Of a DNA stretch of 64,000 bases, positions 1-9,046 are shown piece by piece. Positions within the stretch are counted from its first letter, which is position 1. The number at the start of each line of letters is the position of its first letter. The stretch spans positions 1,600,001 to 1,664,000 of the forward strand of contig CAXXDV010000001.1 in the NCBI GenBank assembly GCA_963674745.2, written 5' to 3'. Source of the stretch: Desulfosudaceae bacterium (GTDB lineage Bacteria > Desulfobacterota > Desulfobacteria > Desulfobacterales > Desulfosudaceae). The translations under genes and the position numbers were made by a program. Under the pieces are notes generated by a model. It searched no databases. It was not told where the DNA came from and saw only the letters and a list, made by a program, of their open reading frames with translations.

Positions 1-2
1 GT

Positions 3-443
3 GAGCAGCATCCGGTTGCCGACAACAGCACCAGAGAAGGTCGGCGCCTGAACCGGCGGGCGGAATTGAATTATCTGGTTCCTGTGGCCACACCTCCGGA
101 GGTCGGTTTTGACATCCGGTTCGGGTTTGACAAAACGGACGTCAACCCGGCCCTGGCGGGCAGTTTTGAACAGGTGGCCGAATATCTGAATAATTATAAC
201 GAAATCGTATTGGGTATAGAAGGTAATACCGACGTCACCGGCCCCCAGTCATATAACCGCGAACTTTCCATGCGTCGGGCCTTGAGCGTCGGTAACTATC
301 TGTCCGCAAGCTTCAATATTCCGTATTCACGGATGCAGTTTGCCGGTTTCGGCGAAAGCAGCCCCACGGCTGATAATGCGACGTTGACAGGCCGGAGGGC
401 GAATCGCCGCGTTGATTTAAAGTGTTTTAAAGTGGCAGAATAG
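3..443 (+). CDS. OmpA-like peptidoglycan-binding protein, 3' part, with at least two tandem OmpA_C domains (5'-truncated by window)
   Basis: Frame is open from base 3: EQHPVADNSTREGRRLNRRAEL (end of one OmpA_C domain), then a full domain FGFDK..IEGNTD..YNRELSMRRA..GFGE..P.ADN..GR..NRRVD. Confidence 0.9.
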   Translation, partial: EQHPVADNSTREGRRLNRRAELNYLVPVATPPEVGFDIRFGFDKTDVNPALAGSFEQVAEYLNNYNEIVLGIEGNTDVTGPQSYNRELSMRRALSVGNYLSASFNIPYSRMQFAGFGESSPTADNATLTGRRANRRVDLKCFKVAE

Positions 444-471
444 TTTTCCTGCCGTTACATACGTTTAGCTG

Positions 472-510
472 AAAAAAGAGGGCGAACAAAAAGTTCGCCC
501 TCTTTTTTTT
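472..510. terminator. Intrinsic terminator, probably bidirectional
   Basis: AAAAAAGAGGGCGAAC-AAAAA-GTTCGCCCTCTTTTTTTT downstream of the OmpA gene. Confidence 0.85.
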
Positions 511-1019
511 GCCTCTATGGCATCCGGGCTGCCTTTGTGTTTAAATATCCTGTTATTCCGATATTTTATATTGGCATCGGCCTGCCAGATGCTTTTTGTG
601 TTTATGGTATCCCGGCTGGTCGTGACTTGAAATGTGATACGCTTGTAAAAAGTCAAAGGCTAATATTTTATTATTTAAAGAAAAAGGCGGATTAGGGAAT
701 AATTCTATTTTTTGGTAGGAATTAAGGGGGAAAGTACAAGGCATTAATTTGTCATTAAGTCGCGTCGTTTCTTGCTTTTTTTGACTTTTTCACTTGACTT
801 TTGAAGCTGTTTTTTGATAAAAAAATCACTTGTAAAAATGTTTTTGGGGAAGGAAAAGACTACCACAATATGCAAAAGGGCTTTTTTAGCGGGCGGAGCG
901 CATGCGCCCCGGGGCGTACTTAAGGCGTATTTCTGCTTTCGGTCGTTCTTTTACTGAAAAGCCTTGTTTGCGATTTGATTACAGGACCATCTTTATTGTC
1001 TGCCGGAAAAGGAGAAACT

Positions 1020-2282
1020 ATGAAAAAGATATTTCTTGTGGTTCTAATGGCTGGTGTGCTGTCGGTTTCCGTTGCGGGGGCGGAAGATTTGAATGATGCC
1101 GTAACAGGCATGCTGGCGTCACATGACCGGATGGCCGCGGCTGAAGCGGATGTCTTGGCGGCCGAGAATTCCGCCAGAGTGGCGCTGGGGGGATGGTTTC
1201 CAAACATATCCCTGACCGGGGAGTACGGCGCTTCCAGAAACCATTACGAAGATACGGATATCATGCATCTGGACCCGGCCCTGTTCGAGGCCAGGCTGAC
1301 CCAGCGTCTCTGGGACTTCGGCAAAACAAACGGCGAGGTTCGTAAAGCCAAAGCCGCATATGAGCGGGCACTGGCTGCAAGAGACAATACCCGGCAGGAA
1401 TTGATTTTAGAAGGCGTAACCGCCTACCTCAAGCTCAAGCAGGCTGAAGAGCTGTTAAAGTACTCCAGAAAATCTGTGGAAAATATCAAAGAACAAACCA
1501 GCATGGAAAGCACCCGGATTTCCGCCGGTCAGGGGTACTCAACCGACGTGTTGCAGGCCAAGGCCCAGCTTCTTGGCGCCGAGGCCAGATTGAGCCGGGT
1601 GGAAGGCATGCTCCAGGGCGCCAAAAACAGGGTGCTGAACGCTTTTAAACGACCGGCCGGAGAAATTTCCGCGCTCACCATGGGTGAGTCGGTTGTCAAG
1701 CTTCTGCCGGCAACCCTGGAGGAGGCCGAGGGTGTTGCCTTAAAAGCCAATCCCAGACTCAAAGTGGCTGACGCCATTGTCCAGGAAGCCGAAGAAAACG
1801 CCAATACCCGCACGGCCGGGGCTTACTATCCCACCATCAACGGTGTGCTGGACTATAACTACAAAGATGACTACGGCGCCATCGAAGGCTGGCGAAAAGA
1901 AGGGCTGGCCAAGGTCGAAGTGAGATATGATTTTGATCTGGGCTTTACATCCGTGAACGTCTCAAAAGCGGCTGATGAAACCTATAAAGCCGCTTTGAAA
2001 GGCCGGGAAGATGTGAAACAGCAGGTCCTTGAAAACGTCCGCAATGCCTGGCAGAATGTTCTGACGGCCGACAAGAACGCCAGGCTGTTAAGAGACCAGG
2101 CCGATATCGTGGCCCAGTTTCTGGAACTGGCCCGTAAAGAACGGAAGATGGGACGGCGTTCGCTGCTTGATGTGCTGAGCGCAGAAGTCTCCCTGATCAA
2201 TGCCCGCAGCGACGCGGCCGCGGCTGAGGCCGATGTGAATGTTTATGCCTATACCCTGATGCAGGCCATGGGCAAACTTTAA
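1020..2282 (+). CDS. TolC-family outer membrane channel of a type I secretion system
   Basis: GGAG RBS then ATG 1020; signal peptide MKKIFLVVLMAG; OEP motifs LTQRLWDFG, DVLQAKAQL, GRRSLLDVLSAE, MGKL end. Confidence 0.9.
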   Translation: MKKIFLVVLMAGVLSVSVAGAEDLNDAVTGMLASHDRMAAAEADVLAAENSARVALGGWFPNISLTGEYGASRNHYEDTDIMHLDPALFEARLTQRLWDFGKTNGEVRKAKAAYERALAARDNTRQELILEGVTAYLKLKQAEELLKYSRKSVENIKEQTSMESTRISAGQGYSTDVLQAKAQLLGAEARLSRVEGMLQGAKNRVLNAFKRPAGEISALTMGESVVKLLPATLEEAEGVALKANPRLKVADAIVQEAEENANTRTAGAYYPTINGVLDYNYKDDYGAIEGWRKEGLAKVEVRYDFDLGFTSVNVSKAADETYKAALKGREDVKQQVLENVRNAWQNVLTADKNARLLRDQADIVAQFLELARKERKMGRRSLLDVLSAEVSLINARSDAAAAEADVNVYAYTLMQAMGKL

Positions 2283-2349
2283 TTCGAAAAAAGTGTTTTG
2301 TTAAATATATGGTTTTTGTTTTTGTAGTTTAATTTCTTGGAGGTGCCAG

Positions 2350-5300
2350 ATGGCAGAGACCCAGACTGTATTGACCCAAACCATGACAGCCGCTAAAGCA
2401 GCCTTTCTATCGTCCATGGGGCAGAATGTGCCTTCCATGGATGCCGCTGAGGCCGGTTTTAACGCGATGGAAGCATCTTTTAAGGCGATGTTCGGAGATG
2501 CTCCGGCCGATTTCGCGGAACTGAAAGCCGCGGCCATGGCCCAGTTCAATCAGGCCTTGAGCGACGGCATGTCGGCAGAAAGCGCCTTTAACAGCGCTTT
2601 GGCCAATTTCTCCACCGCCATGGCCGAGACCGATTTTGGCGGACAGACAGAGGGCGGGTCAATCACTCTTGATGAGGTCATCAGCATTTCCAGAGATATT
2701 GACGGAATGCTCGATCTGGGCGATCTGGGGCTGGACGGTGAGTTTGGCGGGTCCGGAAATGGTTATGTCGGCCATGGCGAAGACAATTCCCTTTTCGCAG
2801 GTAAAATCGGCGCCTTCGGCGGCCATCAATATGGCGGAGGCAGCGGGCAGGAGTTTGATGATCCCACTGATTACATGCTACATGGTGGTGGAGACGGTCC
2901 GGGTCCGGGTCCGGGTCCGGGTCCTGGTCCGGGTCCTGGTCCGGGAACGCCGGCCTCTTTTGCCATCCAGGCCGATGTCGCTTCTGTCCTTGAAGGCGAT
3001 TCCGGCACTACGCTTTATACATTCACGGTTACCCGGGCCGGAGATACCGGCGGCACCCATCAGGTCGACTGGGATGTGTCCGGCAGCGGCACCAATCCGG
3101 CCGACAACGCGGATTTTTCCGGTTTGCTGATGCCGTCCGGCATGCTGACTTTTGCGCCCGGCGAGACCACCAAGACCATTACCGTGGAGATTGCCGGCGA
3201 TATGATGGTTGAGAACACGGAAACCTTTACCGTAAATCTTTCAAATCCCACCGGCACCGGATCCCAGATCACCACCGCCTCGGCCCAGGGCACCATCATT
3301 AATGATGATGCCGGTGATACTGGTGACGGAGCCCTGTTTACCATTGCCGCCGACAGTCCGGTGGACCAGAAAGAGATGGATACCGGTGAGACAACCTATT
3401 ATACCTTTAATGTCAACCGGTCCGGTAATACCGACGTTGAACACACCATTGACTGGAAGGTGATCGGCAGCGGAGACCATCCGGCTGATGCCATTGACTT
3501 CGGCGGTGTGATGCCGGGCGGTGTCCTGACCTTTGCCGCCGGTGAAACCACCAAAACCATTACCGTGGAAGTGGCTGGAGACCTGGACATTGAAGACCAC
3601 GAAACTTTTGAGGTTATCATTTTCAACGCTTCCGGCGGCGCCCAGATCGGCATGCCCTTTGTGCTGGCCACGATTGTAAACAATGACAGCCCGGTTGGGA
3701 CGGACCCCTGTGCCCCCTGCACCCTGCAGGCGGTTAACATGGCCACCGCGACGACGAATATCACCCTGACCGGTGATGATTTTTGTGACTACCTGCAAGT
3801 CAACCTGACCAATACAACCGGCGGTGTCAGCGGCTATAACATCAACCTGGACGGCATGGCCTGCGGAGACACGATCATTCCCAGATTGATCGGCAGCAAT
3901 GTCTCAAACAACAGTGTTAACATTCTGGGCGGGGACAGCAGCGATACCATCAGGGTCACCATGCAGGCGTCGGACGCTTCTTCCGGTTCCTGGGGATCGG
4001 CATCGGCCGATGTCAACGGCAATATCATCAACATTGATGCCGGGGCCTGCAATGATAACGTGTCGGTCCTTTTAGGGGCATATGCCCAGGCCAGCAATAC
4101 GGGTTCGACTTCGGCCGCTGTCAGTTCCGTTACGGCCTCTGTCTATTCCAATAACGTCGTCATGCTGGGCGGCACCGGCAACGACACCCTCTCTCTGACC
4201 CTGGAGGCCGAGGCCACAGCTTATGCCAGCGCCTCATCGCCGGCTTCTTCCGCGACCGCTTCTGCTTATTCTGCCAATGCTTCCATTTACAGCAATATCG
4301 TCACCATGTCCGGCCAGGATGGCAATGACACCCTGACCGCCATGCTCAGGGCGTCGGCAAGAAGTTCCGCCATTGCCCATGCCGGCGGAACCCATGATGC
4401 TCAAGCTTCGGCTGCCTACTACTCACCCGAGGCATCTGTATACAATAACACCATCAATATGCATGGCGGCACAGGCTATGATATGCTCAGCCTAACCCTT
4501 TCAGCCGATGTTGCCGTTTACGCTTTTGCCTCTGCGGCCTTAGGCTCCGCTTCAATCACCGAAGCCGTTGAAGAAAATGCCTATGCTTATGTGTACAGCA
4601 ACCATGTTTCCATGACCGGCGGTGATGGAAATGACACCCTGTCCGCCAGGCTGGCCGCGAATCTGCATGTAACCGCCTCCGCCATTGGTTACAGTGATGC
4701 TTTAGTCGACACAGTTGCGTCCGGTTATCTTACAGCCATTGTTTCCAGCAACACCGTCACCATGGACGGCGGGGCCGGCAACGACACCCTGAGCCTGAAT
4801 GCCACGGCTGATATGTCAATTTACGCACTCGCGTCAGCAGAAACAGGCTCTGCTGCCGTTTATTACGTCTGTTATTCATATGTTTATAACTCTGTTGATA
4901 GCAATACCTTCAACCTGCTCGGCGGTGATGGAGACGACTCACTCTCCGCCCTTTTGGCGGCTAACGGCAGGTTAACGGCATCGGCCATTGGCAGCACAAG
5001 CGCGTCGTTATATTCTATCGCTTATTATACCCTTTCCGCGTATGTCGGCAGCAACGATGTTTTCATGACCGGCGGTGATGGAAATGACACCCTGAGCCTG
5101 ACCGCCGCAGCTGACTGGTCGATATACGGACTTGCTTCGGCTGATTCTGGCAATGCCTACATTTATTATTTTCTTTACTATTCTGTCTTAGCCACTGTCG
5201 AGAGCAACGACTTTACCATGACCGGCGGCGCCGGAAACGACTCGCTGTCCGCTTTACTGGCGGCCGATATCCAGGTGACGGCATCGCTTCTTGCCGGTGA

Positions 5301-8300
5301 TGGATATGCGACCATGAGCTACGTCAATTATTCCTACGCCACCGCCTCCGTTCACAGCAACTATGTCAGTATGGACGGCGGCGCCGGCATGGACACTCTG
5401 ACGCTGGGTCTTATGGCCGAAAATAACATCTACGTATATGCCTCGGCACAGAGCGATTCAGCCGAAGCCAGTATATACTACTATGTCCAGGCTGACATCT
5501 CGGGAAATACCATTCACATGTTCGGCGGCGGTAGCCACGACGAACTGGATCTTCAGCTGATGGCCAATGCCCAGGCCCGGGCAACCGCGATCGCTAACGG
5601 CCCCGGTGGAACCAGCTACGGCGCGGATGCTGTCGCCTATACGGTTACCGCTTCCATAAACCATAACACCATCACCATGACCGGCGGGACCGATGCCGCC
5701 AACGACACCCTGACCGCCATGCTGGCAGCTTCTGCCAAAGCCACGGCTATTGCCGTCGGCGGAACCGGAACATCGGGTGCGAGTGCATCCGCATACTATG
5801 CCTACGCCTATGTTTCCTACAATGATATTAGCATGGACGCCGGCCCGGGCGATGACACCCTGTCCCTCACCCTTTTCGCCGATGCCCAGGTTTATGCCGA
5901 CGCCTCGGCGCCGTCAGGGGATGCGTCTGCTTATGGTTACGATGCGACTGCCTATGTCACAAACAACACCATTGACATGTACGGCGGCGCGGGCAATGAT
6001 TCACTCTCGGCCCTGCTGACCGCTTCTGCCAGAATCACGGCTTTTGCCGAAGCCGGAGATTCAGGGGATGCGACCGCTTCTGCCTATTCGGCTGAGGCCA
6101 ATATTACCGGCAATGACATTTTTATGGGTGGCGCCTCCGGTACCGACACCCTGTCCCTGGGCCTTTTGGCCCGGGCCGCGCTCTATGCATCGGCTGTGGC
6201 AACATCGTCCGGAGATGCCTTTGCCTCTAATTATGATGTCGACGCTTCAGTATATTCAAATACCATCACCATGGTTGGTGGCGGCGGGCATGACACCATC
6301 AATCTGACCATAACGGCTGATGTGTCCATGTACGCCCGTGCGGCTGCCACGTCTGGTCATGCCTCAATCGACTTAGCATCCTCCACGATCTATGCTTATG
6401 TCGCCAGCAACAATATTTCCATGCTCGGCAGCGGCGGTGACGATAATCTGTTCGCCCTGATGAGCGCCCATATTAACGGTACGGCCTCCGTTCTGGCCGG
6501 TGGTACCAGTGGTGTCAGCGGCTCGGCGACCATGAGCTATGACCCGTATTATTATATTTATGCCAGCAATGTCAGTAACACCGTTTTCATGGGCGGCGGG
6601 ACCGGTAACGACACCCTCGGCCTGACCATGGCGGCCCGCATGGAATTTGACTTCCTGGCTTCAGCAGCATCCTATTCCGCCAGCATCAATGAACCCTTTT
6701 ACTCCACGGCCAGCGCCAATGTCTCCAACAACACCGTTACCATGACCGGCGGATCCGGAAACGATACCCTGACGGCACGGTTGACCGCCAGCTTTGCGGC
6801 CGCTTTTACGGCCCGGGCCGGCGGCACCGGTTCAGCAAGCATTGATTCTGCCCCGTACTATTATATTTACGCTGATAATAACGATAACATTATTTTCATG
6901 TACGGTAGCGGCGGCGATGATACCCTGGGACTGACCATGGCGGCCAACATGACGTTCTCCTTCCTGGCTTCCGCAGAATCCAGTGATGCCACCATATCTT
7001 CCGCGCCTTACTCCACGGTCAGCGCCAATGTTTACAGCAACGATATATCCATGACCGGCGGCACGGGCGCGGACCATCTGACAGCCCGGCTGAGCGCGCA
7101 CGGCGAGTTTGACTATGCGGCCATTGCCGACAATGGCGGTGATGTCTACATTTATTATGCTCCCTACTCTTATGTCACGGCGTCGGTATACAGCAACGAT
7201 ATTTTTATGGGCGGGGGCACGGGAAATGATGTCCTTACCCTGACCATGGCGGCGGACATGGAACTTGACTATTTAGCTTCCGCACCGATGGGCACAGCCT
7301 CCATATACTCGGGCCTCTATTACACTGCCTACGCCAATGTGTTCAGCAATACCGTAGCCATGACCGGCGGCGACGGCGTTGACTCCATTAACGTTCTGCT
7401 GGCCGCTTCAATCAGGGTTGACGAGTCCGTCATTGCCGGTAACGACGCCAGTATATATTATGGTTGTTATTACGCGCCTTACGCGGAGGTTTACAGCAAT
7501 GATGTTGACATGTTCGGCAACGCCGGCAACGACTCCCTGAACCTGACGCTGGCGGCCCAGGCCACGGTCCATGTCTTTGCAAACGCAGGATCATCCGCCA
7601 TTGCTTCAAATTATTATGGCGGCTCCGCGCTGGTAAGCAGTAATACAATTTCCATGACAGGTGGGACCGGCAACGACAGCCTTCATGCTTTACTGACAGC
7701 CGTCGACAACATTACCGGCACAGCCTACGGCGATACATCCGCTAATGCATATGCTTATGATGGGCAAGCCTTTATCAGCAATAACACGCTTAATATGTTT
7801 GGCAGCAGTGGCCAAGATCTTTTGTCTGCCACGTTTGCGGCCTGGGGGTCAGCCGATGCCTTGGCCAGAGCAGTAACCGTTTCAGCCAGTGCCTATGCCT
7901 CGGCCTCGGTTTCTGCCACTATACAAAGCAACAACCTTCTCATGTCAGGCGGTTCGGGCAACGATACGCTTTCGGCTGCGTTTTCCGCAGGAGCCAATGC
8001 CTCGGCAACTGCGGTGGCACCGGGCTTCCTCGGCAGCGCCAGCGCTGATGCCTCTGCTTACGCCTATGTAAGCAACAATAGCATCACCATGATCGGCGGT
8101 AGTGGAACAGGCCACCTGTCCCTGACCTTGAAGGCGACGGCATCGGCCTTTGCATGGGCGAATTCCCCGGGTTCCGAAAGTGCAAGTGCTTCTGTCGATG
8201 CCAGAGTCAATAACAATGTCGTCGATATGAACGGCGGATCAGGCAGTGACACCCTGTCGTTGAACATGACCGCCTCGGCCTTTGCCTCAGCCTCGGCCTC

Positions 8301-8898
8301 TGTCACCTCCGTATCGGCAACGGCCAGTATTACCGGAAACACCGTGCGGATGTCCGGTGGCAGCGGCACAGACCACATGAGCCTGGCGGTTAATATCAGC
8401 GCCACACAGTCGGCATTTTCCGGAAACGTATTCACCCTGACCGGCGGGTCCGGTAACGACCACATCAACATTGCCTTTGACGTGGCCTCCGGTCCGACCC
8501 TCACCAACAATACCGCCGTGGTCTGGGGTGGGGTTGGCAGCGATACCATCTCCATCGCGGCCGATACTTCGGATGCCATGTTTATCTTCAAATATGCGGG
8601 TACGAATGAGCTCGGAGACAACATCAATGGATTGACGGCCGGCCACAGCATTGGCTTCTCGTTCAATAATACCGCATTTAACGGCACGGCTACAGTTATC
8701 CCGGGTGTCCTGAACACGGATTGTTTTGTCCTCGGCACCGCATCTGCAGCTGCTGATGCCAATGATTTCTGGATCTATAACTCGGCTACCAACGCCCTTT
8801 ATTATGACGCCGACGCCAATGGCGCCGGGGCGGCCGTCCAGGTGGCTCAGTTTGATGCCAATGTGGGCCTGACAGCAGGACATATATCGTTCTACTAA
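2350..8898 (+). CDS. Giant T1SS-secreted adhesin-like protein (2 Calx-beta domains, about 30 RTX-like ~50-aa repeats, C-terminal secretion region)
   Basis: GGAGG RBS; no signal peptide; two Calx-beta-like units (LTFAPGETTKTITVEIAGD..E..ETF.V); recurring GGxGNDTL; C-terminus FWIYNSATNALYYDADANGAG; flanked by TolC, ABC and HlyD genes. Confidence 0.9.
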   Translation: MAETQTVLTQTMTAAKAAFLSSMGQNVPSMDAAEAGFNAMEASFKAMFGDAPADFAELKAAAMAQFNQALSDGMSAESAFNSALANFSTAMAETDFGGQTEGGSITLDEVISISRDIDGMLDLGDLGLDGEFGGSGNGYVGHGEDNSLFAGKIGAFGGHQYGGGSGQEFDDPTDYMLHGGGDGPGPGPGPGPGPGPGPGTPASFAIQADVASVLEGDSGTTLYTFTVTRAGDTGGTHQVDWDVSGSGTNPADNADFSGLLMPSGMLTFAPGETTKTITVEIAGDMMVENTETFTVNLSNPTGTGSQITTASAQGTIINDDAGDTGDGALFTIAADSPVDQKEMDTGETTYYTFNVNRSGNTDVEHTIDWKVIGSGDHPADAIDFGGVMPGGVLTFAAGETTKTITVEVAGDLDIEDHETFEVIIFNASGGAQIGMPFVLATIVNNDSPVGTDPCAPCTLQAVNMATATTNITLTGDDFCDYLQVNLTNTTGGVSGYNINLDGMACGDTIIPRLIGSNVSNNSVNILGGDSSDTIRVTMQASDASSGSWGSASADVNGNIINIDAGACNDNVSVLLGAYAQASNTGSTSAAVSSVTASVYSNNVVMLGGTGNDTLSLTLEAEATAYASASSPASSATASAYSANASIYSNIVTMSGQDGNDTLTAMLRASARSSAIAHAGGTHDAQASAAYYSPEASVYNNTINMHGGTGYDMLSLTLSADVAVYAFASAALGSASITEAVEENAYAYVYSNHVSMTGGDGNDTLSARLAANLHVTASAIGYSDALVDTVASGYLTAIVSSNTVTMDGGAGNDTLSLNATADMSIYALASAETGSAAVYYVCYSYVYNSVDSNTFNLLGGDGDDSLSALLAANGRLTASAIGSTSASLYSIAYYTLSAYVGSNDVFMTGGDGNDTLSLTAAADWSIYGLASADSGNAYIYYFLYYSVLATVESNDFTMTGGAGNDSLSALLAADIQVTASLLAGDGYATMSYVNYSYATASVHSNYVSMDGGAGMDTLTLGLMAENNIYVYASAQSDSAEASIYYYVQADISGNTIHMFGGGSHDELDLQLMANAQARATAIANGPGGTSYGADAVAYTVTASINHNTITMTGGTDAANDTLTAMLAASAKATAIAVGGTGTSGASASAYYAYAYVSYNDISMDAGPGDDTLSLTLFADAQVYADASAPSGDASAYGYDATAYVTNNTIDMYGGAGNDSLSALLTASARITAFAEAGDSGDATASAYSAEANITGNDIFMGGASGTDTLSLGLLARAALYASAVATSSGDAFASNYDVDASVYSNTITMVGGGGHDTINLTITADVSMYARAAATSGHASIDLASSTIYAYVASNNISMLGSGGDDNLFALMSAHINGTASVLAGGTSGVSGSATMSYDPYYYIYASNVSNTVFMGGGTGNDTLGLTMAARMEFDFLASAASYSASINEPFYSTASANVSNNTVTMTGGSGNDTLTARLTASFAAAFTARAGGTGSASIDSAPYYYIYADNNDNIIFMYGSGGDDTLGLTMAANMTFSFLASAESSDATISSAPYSTVSANVYSNDISMTGGTGADHLTARLSAHGEFDYAAIADNGGDVYIYYAPYSYVTASVYSNDIFMGGGTGNDVLTLTMAADMELDYLASAPMGTASIYSGLYYTAYANVFSNTVAMTGGDGVDSINVLLAASIRVDESVIAGNDASIYYGCYYAPYAEVYSNDVDMFGNAGNDSLNLTLAAQATVHVFANAGSSAIASNYYGGSALVSSNTISMTGGTGNDSLHALLTAVDNITGTAYGDTSANAYAYDGQAFISNNTLNMFGSSGQDLLSATFAAWGSADALARAVTVSASAYASASVSATIQSNNLLMSGGSGNDTLSAAFSAGANASATAVAPGFLGSASADASAYAYVSNNSITMIGGSGTGHLSLTLKATASAFAWANSPGSESASASVDARVNNNVVDMNGGSGSDTLSLNMTASAFASASASVTSVSATASITGNTVRMSGGSGTDHMSLAVNISATQSAFSGNVFTLTGGSGNDHINIAFDVASGPTLTNNTAVVWGGVGSDTISIAADTSDAMFIFKYAGTNELGDNINGLTAGHSIGFSFNNTAFNGTATVIPGVLNTDCFVLGTASAAADANDFWIYNSATNALYYDADANGAGAAVQVAQFDANVGLTAGHISFY
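2896..2946 (+). repeat. Hexanucleotide tandem repeat (GGTCCK)8 encoding a Gly-Pro linker
   Basis: GGTCCG/GGTCCT x8, in frame, directly before the first Calx-beta domain. Confidence 0.95.
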
Positions 8899-8915
8899 AC
8901 AGCAACAGGGTTTAT

Positions 8916-8951
8916 AAAAAAAGGGAGCCGGAAGTCCGGTTCCCTTTTTTT
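8916..8951 (+). terminator. Intrinsic terminator after the giant protein gene
   Basis: AAAAAAAGGGAGCCGG-AAGT-CCGGTTCCCTTTTTTT. Confidence 0.85.
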
Positions 8952-9046
8952 GGTGATTAGAATAAGACTTGAATTTTACCATCGGAACGATTACATTAAA
9001 AAGTCTTTAAAAAACAGGTAAAAACAGAAATATAGCAGGAGTTACT

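Noticed and set aside
888..912. ops/JUMPstart-like GGCGGAGCG hairpin in the T1SS leader
   Set aside because: Lacks the T of GGCGGTAG; too weak to call
8064..8982. Long antisense ORFs over the giant protein gene (also those over acrB, uvrA and the glutamate synthase genes)
   Set aside because: Shadows of codon bias on the opposite strand of well-supported genes; no motifs
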